The notes under the pieces were generated by a model. The model ran no database searches, was not told the DNA's origin, and was given only the letters and a program-made list of their open reading frames with translations. 64,000 nt of DNA from an uncultured Candidatus Saccharibacteria bacterium (GTDB lineage: Bacteria > Patescibacteriota > Saccharimonadia > Saccharimonadales > Saccharimonadaceae): positions 11,598-75,597 of the forward strand of contig CALEXY010000011.1 of assembly GCA_937924995.1 (NCBI GenBank), given 5' to 3'. Numbering within the stretch: the stretch's first letter is position 1; every line of letters begins with the position of its first letter. The position numbers and the translations under genes are program-made. Below are positions 9,874-19,948 of this stretch, piece by piece.

Positions 9874-10478
9874 TGCTCCCTAGAGCCCTCACTGATACTA
9901 TCGACGCGCTAGGTAAACTGCCGGGCGTAGGAAATAAAACCGCCGAACGCTATGCGACCTATCTTTTTCGCAGCGATCGCAAAATCTCTCAGCAACTAGT
10001 CCATGCTCTAGAAAATTTACACGAACAAGTCAAAACCTGTCCAATCACTTTTTCCTTAATTAATGCCGACGAGGATGTTTCGCCACTTTATGACGCTCCG
10101 GATCGTGATAAAACTACCATCCTTGTGGTTGAGGAACCACTTGATATTTACGCCTTTGAACAAACCAAAGAATATCGTGGTACCTATCACGTACTAGGCG
10201 GCGCCATTTCACCGATTGACGGTATTACTCCAGAAGTTCTACATATCAAAGAATTGATTTCTCGCGTCGAAAACGATGCAGTTAAAGAAATTATTATCGC
10301 CACTAATCCGAGCGTAGAAGGGGAGAGTACGGCTCTACTTTTGCAAAAAATGCTTTCGGAAAAATACCCCGAGCTTATCATCACGCGCCTAGCCCGCGGC
10401 CTTCCACTCGGCGTTGATTTGTCTTTTGCCGATCAAATTACGCTAAGTGCCGCTTTAAACAATCGCACCAATCTCTAA
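9873..10478 (+). CDS. recR: Recombination mediator RecR
   Basis: LPGVGNKTAER, YHVLGGAISPIDG, ATNPSVEGESTA, RLARGLP. Confidence 0.97.
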   Translation: MLPRALTDTIDALGKLPGVGNKTAERYATYLFRSDRKISQQLVHALENLHEQVKTCPITFSLINADEDVSPLYDAPDRDKTTILVVEEPLDIYAFEQTKEYRGTYHVLGGAISPIDGITPEVLHIKELISRVENDAVKEIIIATNPSVEGESTALLLQKMLSEKYPELIITRLARGLPLGVDLSFADQITLSAALNNRTNL

Positions 10479-10562
10479 TTTATTTAAGCGCCGCATAAAA
10501 TAGTCGCACCAATCTCTAATTCTTTTAAACACCGCATTAAGTTCTGCGCTAATCTCGAATTT
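10444..10562. repeat. Three degenerate 41-bp tandem units copying the recR 3' end
   Basis: Units at 10444, 10485 and 10526; tcgcaccaatctctaatt is exact at 10463 and 10504. Confidence 0.85.
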
Positions 10563-10626
10563 CCATTATGGCCATTTTTCTCTCTGTTTTTGTGTTATAA
10601 TTTATTTATTAGCATAAGAGGATTTC

Positions 10627-11868
10627 ATGGATATTACCACACTTATTTTACTCATCGTTTCAGTCGTCAACCTAATCATTCTATTTATCGTTTTTTCGAA
10701 AACCAATCAGAAAAACACCGATCTACCAGAACTTAAAAATCGCATCGCCACTCTTCAGGACCAGACCACACAGACTTTTGCCAATATGAATGAACGTATG
10801 ATTCGTATTGAAACTAACGTGGACCGCGTTACAAAAGATATCGGCACGAACTTTCGCGAAAATCGTAAAGAAATTTCGGATAATTTTGGTTTAGTTCAAA
10901 AAACTCTCGACACTCGCGTGCGTGAACTTCAAGATCATAACACTAAAAAACTTGAAGAAATGCGTCAAACTGTCGACGAAAAACTCCAGGCTTCAGTTGA
11001 AAAACGTTTTAATGAAAGCTTTAAGACTATTTCTACCCAACTTACCCAGGTCTATCAAGGTCTCGGCGAAATGAAAACTCTTGCTAACGGCGTCGGTGAT
11101 CTAAAAAAGGTCATGGAAGGCGTCAAGACCCGCGGTATTTATGGTGAAGTCCAACTTGGTAACATCATTAGTGACACTCTGAGCTCTGAGCAGTATTGTG
11201 AAAATATTGCCACCAAAAAAGGCTCGAATGACCGTGTCGAATTTGCCGTCAAAATGCCTGGCAAGGACGAAACCGCTCAAGTTTTCCTACCAATCGATAG
11301 TAAATTCCCTGTAGAAAATTATCAACGCCTAGTAGCCGCCTATGAGCAGGGTAATAAAACCGAGATTCTTAAATACCAAAAAGCTCTAGCTATCGATGTC
11401 AAAGAGCAGGCCAAGAAAATTTCCACCAAGTACATCGATCCACCACACACTACCGAGTTTGCTATGATGTTTTTACCAACCGAATCACTCTACGCTGAAA
11501 TTCTTCGTATCCCTGGCCTCGATGACGAAATCCGCCAAAAATTCCACATCACCATTGCCTCACCAAGCACCCTACCAGTGATTCTTTCGGGTCTTCTCAT
11601 GGGCTTCCGTACCCTCGCCATTGAAAAACGCAGTAGCGAAGTTTGGCAAATTCTAGGTGCCGTAAAAAGTCAGTTTGGTAAATTTGGTGACCTGCTCGAA
11701 GCCACCAAAAAGAAACTTCAAGAATCCGCCAATAAAATCGATGCTGCCGCTACTACCTCTCGTGTCATCGAGCGTAAGTTAAAAAATGTTGAATCATTAC
11801 CGAGTAGTGAAAGTCTTAAATTACTCGACGGACTCGACGATCAAAACTTCGATACCGAAGAAAATTAA
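10627..11868 (+). CDS. rmuC: DNA recombination protein RmuC
   Basis: N-terminal TM, coiled coil, KTRGIYGE, IDSKFP, TTEFAMMFLPTE. Confidence 0.93.
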   Translation: MDITTLILLIVSVVNLIILFIVFSKTNQKNTDLPELKNRIATLQDQTTQTFANMNERMIRIETNVDRVTKDIGTNFRENRKEISDNFGLVQKTLDTRVRELQDHNTKKLEEMRQTVDEKLQASVEKRFNESFKTISTQLTQVYQGLGEMKTLANGVGDLKKVMEGVKTRGIYGEVQLGNIISDTLSSEQYCENIATKKGSNDRVEFAVKMPGKDETAQVFLPIDSKFPVENYQRLVAAYEQGNKTEILKYQKALAIDVKEQAKKISTKYIDPPHTTEFAMMFLPTESLYAEILRIPGLDDEIRQKFHITIASPSTLPVILSGLLMGFRTLAIEKRSSEVWQILGAVKSQFGKFGDLLEATKKKLQESANKIDAAATTSRVIERKLKNVESLPSSESLKLLDGLDDQNFDTEEN

Positions 11869-11875
11869 TTAACCT

Positions 11876-11910
11876 AAAAAAATATAGTGCTCATCGCACT
11901 ATATTTTTTT
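11876..11910. terminator. Bidirectional terminator between rmuC and ackA
   Basis: aaaaaaatatagtgc-tcatc-gcactatattttttt. Confidence 0.85.
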
Positions 11911-11921
11911 ATTTCACGTCC

Positions 11922-13109
11922 TTATTCTGCCAAAATCAAGTTTGCGCGTTCGATCATTTCGCTTGTTTCATCCGTACGCACTACATAAATTGGCTTAGAT
12001 TCATCTTTCGAAATCAAAGTGTGGCGTTCTGGCATTTCACCAGTATTTTTCTCGGCATCCAGCTCAAAGCCAAGGTATTTCATCTTTTGAATTACTTGCC
12101 TACGCACATCATCCGAGCGCTCACCGATGGTTGCGGTAAAGACCAAAGCGTCTACGCCACCCATTGAAGCAATCATCTGACTGATACAAGCCTGCAAGCG
12201 ATAAATATAGAGGGAATAAGCGAATGAGCCCATCTTATCACCTTCATCACGTAATTGAATTACTGTACGAAGATCATCCGACACCCCAGATACACCAAGT
12301 AGGCCACACTGCTTATTTAGATAGCGTTCAAGCTCCACGTCATCTTCAATCTTCAACGCGCGCTTCATTGCCAGTGCCGCTGCCACATCCATTGAACCTG
12401 TACGCGTCGCCATCATTACCCCCTCAAGCGGCGTATAACCCATCGTCGTATCGTGAGATTTACCCTTATAAACCGCAGTAATCGAAGCCCCCGAACCAAT
12501 ATGGCAAGCCACTACTTTCTCTGGCAAAATTTCATTTTGCTTCATGTAGCGTACCACTGACCCCACCGAAAGACCATGGAAGCCCCATTTTTTAATATCA
12601 AACTTTTCTGCTAATTTCTGGTCAATACAATAAGCCTTAGCCAGCTCTGGCCTGGAGTTATGGAAGTTTGAATCGGAAATTTCAATCACCGGCACCGAAT
12701 CAAAACGCTTCTTTAGTTCAATAATTTCATCCATCACCACTGGGACGTGAAGCGGCGCACGAGTACGGGCGATTTCTAATTCCTTAAAACACTCCTTATC
12801 CACAATATGATCATTGGCAAAATAAGCGCCTGGAGCCACCACACGGGCCAAAATCGCACTTAATTTCGAAACCCCTCCTAAAAATTCCTCATCAATTAAG
12901 ATTTTTTCCAGATTTCCTGCCACCTCTGAGAGTGCCTTAAAATCCGTCACTACTTTCTTCTTCTGGTCACCAGAGTTTAAAGTATAGACAATTTTCTTAC
13001 CTTCAAATTCGAAATGCAAAGAACAAAGTTCTTTCATGCCTTTATAGAGCGCGTATTTACGAGAACTACTGCCCGGATTGGTAATTAAAATCAGTCTTTC
13101 CGATTCCAT
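11922..13109 (-). CDS. ackA: Acetate kinase
   Basis: NPGSSSRKY, APLH, WGFHGLS, HIGSGAS, TMGYTPLEG, ATRTGSMD. Confidence 0.93.
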   Translation of the reverse strand: MESERLILITNPGSSSRKYALYKGMKELCSLHFEFEGKKIVYTLNSGDQKKKVVTDFKALSEVAGNLEKILIDEEFLGGVSKLSAILARVVAPGAYFANDHIVDKECFKELEIARTRAPLHVPVVMDEIIELKKRFDSVPVIEISDSNFHNSRPELAKAYCIDQKLAEKFDIKKWGFHGLSVGSVVRYMKQNEILPEKVVACHIGSGASITAVYKGKSHDTTMGYTPLEGVMMATRTGSMDVAAALAMKRALKIEDDVELERYLNKQCGLLGVSGVSDDLRTVIQLRDEGDKMGSFAYSLYIYRLQACISQMIASMGGVDALVFTATIGERSDDVRRQVIQKMKYLGFELDAEKNTGEMPERHTLISKDESKPIYVVRTDETSEMIERANLILAE

Positions 13110-13245
13110 ATTCTTTTTCTTCTCCTTTATCTTAGTCTATCATAAAACCAGAGATAAAACCCCAACTCTCACCTCTTTTATTTTTCTGTAATTAAAATCC
13201 AAAAGACGCCAGCACCCTCATAGTAATTAAAATCTAGAAAAATTG

Positions 13246-13272
13246 CTGGCACTCTTGCATTTTGAGTGCTAA
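13246..13272 (+). promoter_or_regulatory. CIRCE element (HrcA operator) overlapping the dnaJ promoter
   Basis: cTgGCACTC-N9-GAGTGCTAA; -35 TTGCAT (13255) lies in the spacer and TATAAT follows at 13278. Confidence 0.88.
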
Positions 13273-13289
13273 ATATATATAATTATGCT

Positions 13290-14186
13290 ATGTCAAAACG
13301 TGATTATTATGAAGTTTTGGGCGTTAGTAAAAACGCTTCTGATGATGAAATTAAGAAAGCTTACCGTAAGCTCGCTCTCAAATACCACCCGGATCGTAAT
13401 CCTGGCGATAAAGAGGCGGAAGCTAAATTTAAGGAGGCTTCTGAGGCCAATGAAGTGCTTTCCGACAAACAAAAACGTGCACGCTATGACCAATTCGGTC
13501 ATGCCGGCGTAGGGAATGGCAGCGCAGGTGGTCCTAGCGGCAATCCTTTCGGTGGCTATTCTTATAGTGGTCAAGGATTCAATTTTGATTTTGGTGGCGC
13601 CGAGGGTTTCGATGATATATTAAGTAACCTTTTTGGTTTCGGCGGTGGACGTGCTCGCAGAAATCGCGGCTCTGATTATCGCACTACCCTAGTCATTGAT
13701 TTTAAGGATGCAATTTTTGGTACTACCAAAAAGATTTCCGTCGAAGGCAATGAAATCACCCTAAAAGTCCCTGCCGGTATTGATGATGGTCAAGCGATTC
13801 GCCTGCGTGGTCGTGGTGGTCCTGCCCCAGAAAAAGGTGGCGAGAACGGCGATCTTTTAGTGCAAATTCGTGTGCAACCACATAAAACCATTAGTCGCGA
13901 AGGATACATTCTCTTATCCGAACAACATATCTCAATGGTTGATGCGGCGCTCGGTACCGAAGTCGAGGTCGAAACAATTGACGGCAAAATCACTATGAAA
14001 ATTCCTGCCGGCACTCAATCTAACACTCCTTTCAAACTATCGAAACATGGTGTACCGATGAATAATGGAGAACGTGGTCCGCATATTATTAATATCGTAG
14101 TCGATACTCCGACCAGTCTATCGAAAAAGCAAAAAGAGTTACTCGAAGAATTTAAGACTGCTAAAAAACGCGGATTCTGGAACTAA
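13290..14186 (+). CDS. dnaJ: DnaJ-family chaperone, type II (no Cys-rich zinc domain)
   Basis: [12 protein letters not shown] motif, G/F region, DnaJ_C; no CxxCxGxG repeats. Confidence 0.9.
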   Translation: MSKRDYYEVLGVSKNASDDEIKKAYRKLALKYHPDRNPGDKEAEAKFKEASEANEVLSDKQKRARYDQFGHAGVGNGSAGGPSGNPFGGYSYSGQGFNFDFGGAEGFDDILSNLFGFGGGRARRNRGSDYRTTLVIDFKDAIFGTTKKISVEGNEITLKVPAGIDDGQAIRLRGRGGPAPEKGGENGDLLVQIRVQPHKTISREGYILLSEQHISMVDAALGTEVEVETIDGKITMKIPAGTQSNTPFKLSKHGVPMNNGERGPHIINIVVDTPTSLSKKQKELLEEFKTAKKRGFWN

Positions 14187-14301
14187 GCTTAAAATAATTT
14201 CTCATATTTGATTATTTCTCAAATCCTAAGTAAAATTACTCGTGTTTTTGCACTAAAATTAAGCACGAGTACATTCACTTTAATGCTATAATTATTTACA
14301 G

Positions 14302-14946
14302 ATGAAAGAAATCAAAAATTTTAAACCAAAAGAATCTAAAGTTACTGATCTTTTTCTGATTCTTGTAGCCTTTCTTTTGGTTTTTATTCTTTTTAATTCT
14401 GTTCGTGTTTCTGCCGACGCTCCTAAAATTAAACTCACAGATGATCAGCGTGGCGAACTCTCCATGAACTGTAGTTCAATCAAGTCTAGCCTCAAAAAAC
14501 TTCAAGTTAGTGATGCCAAAATCCGCTCTCTACTTGGGGCTAATTACCAAACAATTCTCAATTCTTACATCACCCCCTTCAACCTTCGCCTTGTCAAAAA
14601 TAACCAGAATCTCGGCGATCTTTCTGACCTACAAAGTAGTTTTGTCTTGCAAAAAAATGACTTTAGTTCACTTTATATTGCTTATAGTCAACAATTTGAA
14701 AATCTCCTTTCTATTGATTACCAAAAAAATCCTGACGATTTCTACAATCAGCTGATCGTCACCAGGGAATCCCGCAAGGAGCTAAACCAAAAAGTCGAAG
14801 ATCTTACCAAAACCGCAGAAAAATACCTTGCAGAGATTAAAAAAATTGAAATTGATGGCGAAAACATTCGTTTTACTCCAGAAAAAACCGACGCTACCAA
14901 AGCTTCAAGCATTACCAACCCTGCTAATCAAGTGGGGGGACGATAA
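14302..14946 (+). CDS. Hypothetical membrane-anchored/secreted helical protein
   Basis: Hydrophobic N-terminal segment followed by coiled-coil-like sequence. Confidence 0.7.
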   Translation: MKEIKNFKPKESKVTDLFLILVAFLLVFILFNSVRVSADAPKIKLTDDQRGELSMNCSSIKSSLKKLQVSDAKIRSLLGANYQTILNSYITPFNLRLVKNNQNLGDLSDLQSSFVLQKNDFSSLYIAYSQQFENLLSIDYQKNPDDFYNQLIVTRESRKELNQKVEDLTKTAEKYLAEIKKIEIDGENIRFTPEKTDATKASSITNPANQVGGR

Positions 14947-14948
14947 TT

Positions 14949-15299
14949 ATGCCAAAAATGTCCTCTGGTGGTCGCAATCTTATGCGCTTAGGCTTAATCG
15001 CAACCCTAATTACCATTCTTACTACCACCATCTCTCTAGTTATCTATCACAATAGTGGCGACATTTATCTAGATCGCTCCCGCCCAGGTTTTTTACCGGA
15101 GAAGCACGAAGTCAAACATGACGACCAACCTGAAAAAACTTATTCTTTCCCAGAATCCGGCAATCTCGACTCAAAAACTCTTGAAGAATTCCGCGAAAAT
15201 TTCGAAAAGACTCTCGAAGATACCAAAAATCTTAAAGACCCATTTTCCGCCGATAATCTATCTGATGATTTTGTTGGATTAAAATCACCCAATAAATAA
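14949..15299 (+). CDS. Hypothetical single-TM protein
   Basis: TM helix then SGDIYLDRSRPG; starts 2 nt after the upstream stop. Confidence 0.7.
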   Translation: MPKMSSGGRNLMRLGLIATLITILTTTISLVIYHNSGDIYLDRSRPGFLPEKHEVKHDDQPEKTYSFPESGNLDSKTLEEFRENFEKTLEDTKNLKDPFSADNLSDDFVGLKSPNK

Positions 15300-15420
15300 C
15301 CAGCACCACTCAACCTACACCCATTGCTCACTAAGAATCAGCTACCTATGTTTTAGCACTTTTCAAAATGCTATTTTCATGTTATAATACAGCGACAATT
15401 ATTAAGTGGGAATAATCTAT

Positions 15421-15975
15421 ATGAAACAATCTAATATTAAACTTATCGGTGAATTCTGCCTAGTTTCAATCTTTGCAGATGGTCATAATTTTCTAGATAT
15501 TCCTGCCAAAATCGATTCTGGTGCCGACAGCAGCTCTCTCCATATTAACAGCGCTAAAGTAAACGAAGATGGCGATTTAGTAATAAGTCTCCCTAGTTTT
15601 TATCAACACAAAACTTCTCCAAGGGAATTAAAGCGTGATTATGCTCATCCAGACTATACGCCCACTAAAGTCAATGAAAAGATTAAAAAATCCAAAACTT
15701 CAAAAACTGTCATTATTCCCAAAGGAAAATATCGAGATATTACCATCGTTAGCTCTAATGGTCATGGCCAAAAACGTTATAAAATCAACCTAAAAATTAG
15801 CATCAACGGGTCCGAATTTGAAACTTCGTTTACCCTTAGCAGTCGTCATAAAAACCGCTACCCAATATTACTTGGTAAGCATGCCCTAAAAGGACGGTAC
15901 CTAGTTGACGTTTCAAAATCCTATATCAACCAAACCAAAGAAAATCTTAATCAACTAATCAGCAAGGAAGACTAA
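15421..15975 (+). CDS. RimK-associated (RimB-like) retropepsin-fold putative protease
   Basis: AKIDSGADSSSLH, SSNG...R, FTLSSR..YPILLG; directly upstream of rimK. Confidence 0.85.
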   Translation: MKQSNIKLIGEFCLVSIFADGHNFLDIPAKIDSGADSSSLHINSAKVNEDGDLVISLPSFYQHKTSPRELKRDYAHPDYTPTKVNEKIKKSKTSKTVIIPKGKYRDITIVSSNGHGQKRYKINLKISINGSEFETSFTLSSRHKNRYPILLGKHALKGRYLVDVSKSYINQTKENLNQLISKED

Positions 15976-15976
15976 A

Positions 15977-16885
15977 ATGAAAATCGCCATTCTCTCCAAC
16001 GGACCAAAGAACTACTCCACCACCCGTCTCTACGAAGAAGCTATCAAGCGTGGCCATGAGGTCGACATCATTAAGTATAAAAATTGTTATCTTTCACTCT
16101 CCGAAAATAATCCCGTAGTTTACTATAACGGAGAAGCACTTCCTCACTACGACGCAATTTTACCTCGTATCGCCAATGGTCTCACCCGTTACGGCTGCGC
16201 CGTAGTTCGCCAATTTGAAATGAGCAACACTTGGACACTTTCTAGTTCGATCTCAATCACTCGTGTCCGCGACAAGCTTCGTTCTGCTCAAATTTTCGCC
16301 AAAGCTGGCATTGCTTCACCAAAAACCTTAGTCTCACGCAACACTGCAGACATTGATGACCTTCTTGAACAAATCGGTCTTCCAGCTATCATCAAGCTTG
16401 CTACCGGTACGCATGGTAATGGTGTAGTTCTAGCCGAAACCAAGAAAGCTGCCCGCTCTGCCTTGCAGGCTTTCTACCTCTATAACGAAGATGGTACCAA
16501 CATTCTTATTCAAGAATATATAAAAGAATCTGCTGGCACCGATATTCGTGCTTTTGTGGTCGGCTCAAAGGTTGTTGCCTCAATGAAGCGTCAATCTCTT
16601 GATGATGACTTCCGTTCCAATCTCCATAAAGGTGGCATTGGCACTGCTATTAAACTTACTCCAGAAGAAGAAAAGCTCGCAATTAAAGCCGCCAAAGTCA
16701 TGGGCCTCCATGTTGCCGGTGTTGACCTCATGCGCTCCGCTCGTGGTCCATTAATCCTCGAGGTTAATGCTTCGCCAGGATTTGGTATTGAAAAAGCTAC
16801 CAACCGCAACGTCGCCCTACCAATCATCAAATATATTGAACATAATGCAAAAGGCCGCACTCTTAAAGATAAGGTTGGCATCTAA
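15977..16885 (+). CDS. rimK: RimK family ATP-grasp alpha-L-glutamate ligase
   Basis: RDKLRS, GTHGNGV, QEYIKE..DIR, FRSNLHKGG, LEVNASPG. Confidence 0.95.
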   Translation: MKIAILSNGPKNYSTTRLYEEAIKRGHEVDIIKYKNCYLSLSENNPVVYYNGEALPHYDAILPRIANGLTRYGCAVVRQFEMSNTWTLSSSISITRVRDKLRSAQIFAKAGIASPKTLVSRNTADIDDLLEQIGLPAIIKLATGTHGNGVVLAETKKAARSALQAFYLYNEDGTNILIQEYIKESAGTDIRAFVVGSKVVASMKRQSLDDDFRSNLHKGGIGTAIKLTPEEEKLAIKAAKVMGLHVAGVDLMRSARGPLILEVNASPGFGIEKATNRNVALPIIKYIEHNAKGRTLKDKVGI

Positions 16886-16916
16886 GCTAAGATCTCTAAA
16901 CCAAAATACCTAACCC

Positions 16917-16945
16917 AATCTGACGCCTCTAGGTGTCAGATTTTT
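16917..16945 (+). terminator. Intrinsic terminator after rimK
   Basis: aatctgacgcct-ct-aggtgtcagatt followed by T run. Confidence 0.8.
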
Positions 16946-16992
16946 ATATCTCTTTCAGCCCAGAACAAGTTATCATATAGTATAATTAACTT

Positions 16993-17442
16993 ATGATTAT
17001 TTTACTTTTAATCGTCTTGCTCTTTATTCTATTCTCTATGCTTAGACGACATATTGGCATTGCCCTACTTGCCACTATCGCCGGTAACACCATTTATAGC
17101 ACCTTCGGCAACGATCTAACCGAATTATTTGCTAAATTCCTAAACGGCATCCCAGAAAATACAATTTCCAGCACTATCTACATCTCCCTAGTTTTTCTCT
17201 TTCCGTTAATTCTTTATTTCAAATCCAATAAAGACAGTCTTTTTGGCATTTTACGTTTTCTTGAAAGCTTGATTTACGCCGTGCTTTTGGTCTCCATTTG
17301 CGCCGCCAAGATCAATCTCCTCATACCATTTGATGATATAAGTATCCAGCTTTTGAACTTCATCGCCATCGTGCGCCCCTCGCTCTTGCTTTTTGCTATT
17401 ATCGTAGCCTACCTTGATATTCTTCTCAGCAAATCGAATTAA
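16993..17442 (+). CDS. Hypothetical membrane protein
   Basis: 4-5 TM segments; TATAAT 6 nt upstream of the ATG. Confidence 0.7.
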   Translation: MIILLLIVLLFILFSMLRRHIGIALLATIAGNTIYSTFGNDLTELFAKFLNGIPENTISSTIYISLVFLFPLILYFKSNKDSLFGILRFLESLIYAVLLVSICAAKINLLIPFDDISIQLLNFIAIVRPSLLLFAIIVAYLDILLSKSN

Positions 17443-18459
17443 TATAAAAACTACTAACCATATCAAAAAATACCACCATTTTTTCTTCGGAAAATCTAAA
17501 ATAGAAGATTCCTGTTCAGCCAAAACATTTATTATGTGTGTATGAATTTTCAATGGCCAAATTAGTATTTTTTCTAAACTGATCCCAAATATCAATAAAT
17601 CACCCAATACCGCAATCAATCCCACCGAACCCATAACAATTGGTAAACTCGGCAATAGTACTATATTCGCCAGAATCGAAAGCCAAGTAAATTTACCAAA
17701 GAAATATAGGCTGATTGGCAATGTTATTACAGAGATCACAATTGACGAAATTAAAGATTTTGCTAAAAATCCCGGCCTTCGATAAAGATCCTTCAAATCA
17801 TCCTTTGTCGCATAGAGATAACTTGTAGCTAACGGCGCTATTTTTACTATGGCAAAATAGGCTAACACCGAAAGCCAGAAACCAATTTGATTTACAAATT
17901 CTGGTCGAATTATTAAGCAGACACTTACTATGATCACCATAACTCGATAAACCGAAACATTTCGGCCAAAGTATTTAATCGTCATCATCAAAACCAATCC
18001 GACTAACGCGCGCAAAATAGACGGACTAAAACCAATCATCATTGCATAGATGAAGCAGAAGATTAGCACAAAATAGGTTTTACTAATGATCGAAAAATGC
18101 TTAAAAACCAAACTCAAAATTCCAGCAATTATTGCAAGGTGAGTCCCAGAAACCGCAATTAAATGCATTACTCCAACATTTACCATATTATCTTTTTGTA
18201 GCGCCGTTAATTCATCCTTGTTTCCAGTTAAATAGCTAATACCAAGGGCCAGTTCGTCATGCTCGGAATATTTTAAAAGCCTCTCCTTTAACAAAGCGAC
18301 GAATTTTCGCTGTGTATACACCTTTTCGTTTCTTGCTCTTATAAAATTCGTCTTGGGTTCATTACCGGCAATAAATAAATCTGGAGACCGACAAAACACT
18401 CGCCCAGCCGCAATTAAAATCAGGCTCATCATAAATAAATTTTCTATGCGTATTTTCAT
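17251..18459 (-). CDS. comEC: ComEC/Rec2 competence channel, short form (Competence domain only)
   Basis: GVMHLIAVSGTH, SPSILRA, GFWLS, ITLPI..FG, LANI; ggagg RBS. Confidence 0.9.
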   Translation of the reverse strand: MKIRIENLFMMSLILIAAGRVFCRSPDLFIAGNEPKTNFIRARNEKVYTQRKFVALLKERLLKYSEHDELALGISYLTGNKDELTALQKDNMVNVGVMHLIAVSGTHLAIIAGILSLVFKHFSIISKTYFVLIFCFIYAMMIGFSPSILRALVGLVLMMTIKYFGRNVSVYRVMVIIVSVCLIIRPEFVNQIGFWLSVLAYFAIVKIAPLATSYLYATKDDLKDLYRRPGFLAKSLISSIVISVITLPISLYFFGKFTWLSILANIVLLPSLPIVMGSVGLIAVLGDLLIFGISLEKILIWPLKIHTHIINVLAEQESSILDFPKKKWWYFLIWLVVFILIRFAEKNIKVGYDNSKKQERGAHDGDEVQKLDTYIIKWYEEIDLGGANGDQKHGVNQAFKKT

Positions 18460-18546
18460 TTACAACCTCCAAGCTCAACATAGAAAAACTTTTGCATTTT
18501 GGCAAGTAATTTTTAAATAAAACAACATTTTTCAGATTAAAAAATC

Positions 18547-18598
18547 TTAAGCATAAGCAAGTTATTAAAATCTAATTTTCAAAGCATAAGCAAGTTAT
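18547..18598 (-). promoter_or_regulatory. Direct repeat of ATAACTTGCTTATGCTT upstream of comEC (candidate operator)
   Basis: Exact 17-mers at 18549-18565 and 18582-18598, 33 bp apart; the same word occurs at 62227. Confidence 0.55.
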
Positions 18599-18707
18599 CA
18601 AAAAATTTAAAAACACCAAACCACCAGATATAAACTCTCGAAATTTTATCAATCCTAATATTTAAAAACTTGCGAAATTTTATATTTACTTTATGCTAGA
18701 TATTAAG

Positions 18708-19913
18708 ATGAAGCAGAAAAATCCAATTATCACCCCAGAAACCCCACTGGAAGTTATTAATTTCGCCACAACCGGACAGGGAATTGCGACCAATTCAGAT
18801 GGTAAAAAAATCTTCCTGTGGAACGCCATGCCAGGAGAAAAAATCACCGAATATCAGGTTTTAAAACAAAAATCCCATCTCACCGAAGCCGTAGCTCTGA
18901 AAATTGAAAACCCTAATCCACACCGCGTATTGCCGCGTGACGAACACTATCTTTCTAATTCACCTTGGCAAATTCTAGATATCAGCTACGAGAATTTAGT
19001 CAAAAAACAAATTATCGAAGAACTTTTTTCTAAGCTAGATGCACCAAAAATAGCCTTTGAGCCAAGTGATAATGAATATTTTTATCGCAATAAGATGGAA
19101 TATTCACTTTACTACGATCATGAAACCGCTAGGATTCATCCGGCCATTCACCGTCGTGGTTCGCATCATAAAATCCCCATCCTTACTTCTTCACTCGAAA
19201 ATCCAGCCATTTATCATCGCGCCATGGAAATTATCAATGAGTTAAATACTAAACAGGAAGATTCTAGAAAATATCAGTCTCTTCTTCTGCGCTGTAATCG
19301 TCAAGGCGAAGTTAGTGGTGGTCTTTATGAGAATTATCAACCACATCCTGTCTTTGAAAATCTGACAGATAAAATCTTGGGGTACGAATTTTCTTATTCA
19401 CCAAACGGATTCTTCCAAATCAATCTTCCAGAATATGAAAAAGTTTTACGAAAAATCAAAGATTTTATCAAAGACCAAAACAAAGTCGTTGACCTTTACT
19501 CCGGCGTTGGTACCATCGGATTAACTGTTGCTGGAGATAAAAATCTCACACTTGTCGAAGTTGATAAATTTGCTCACGGTGAACTATTAAACAACATCGA
19601 ATCGATAAAATCCAGTACAGGCAACTCCGAAATCACTGGCATCCTCGCCAAATCTGAGGACATTTATGATCATATCGAGCATAATTCAACTGTTATTGTT
19701 GACCCGCCGCGTTCTGGTTGCGACTCTAAACTTATTGACACGATCAATCAAAAACTTCCAGAAAAACTCGTCTATCTATCCTGCAACCCTATTACCCAAG
19801 TACGTGATCTTGAAGGTCTTGCCGAAAATTATCGAATTACAAATGTTACCGGATATAATTTCTTCCCACACACACCACACATCGAATGTCTAGTCTTACT
19901 AGAGCGTAAATAA
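18708..19913 (+). CDS. RlmD/TrmA-family RNA (uracil-5)-methyltransferase
   Basis: TRAM-like N terminus, YRNKM, FFQIN, DLYSGVG, VDPPRSG, YLSCNP, FFPHTPHIE. Confidence 0.9.
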   Translation: MKQKNPIITPETPLEVINFATTGQGIATNSDGKKIFLWNAMPGEKITEYQVLKQKSHLTEAVALKIENPNPHRVLPRDEHYLSNSPWQILDISYENLVKKQIIEELFSKLDAPKIAFEPSDNEYFYRNKMEYSLYYDHETARIHPAIHRRGSHHKIPILTSSLENPAIYHRAMEIINELNTKQEDSRKYQSLLLRCNRQGEVSGGLYENYQPHPVFENLTDKILGYEFSYSPNGFFQINLPEYEKVLRKIKDFIKDQNKVVDLYSGVGTIGLTVAGDKNLTLVEVDKFAHGELLNNIESIKSSTGNSEITGILAKSEDIYDHIEHNSTVIVDPPRSGCDSKLIDTINQKLPEKLVYLSCNPITQVRDLEGLAENYRITNVTGYNFFPHTPHIECLVLLERK

Positions 19914-19948
19914 AAGCGTAAAATATAAAAACATAATCAAGGTAATCT

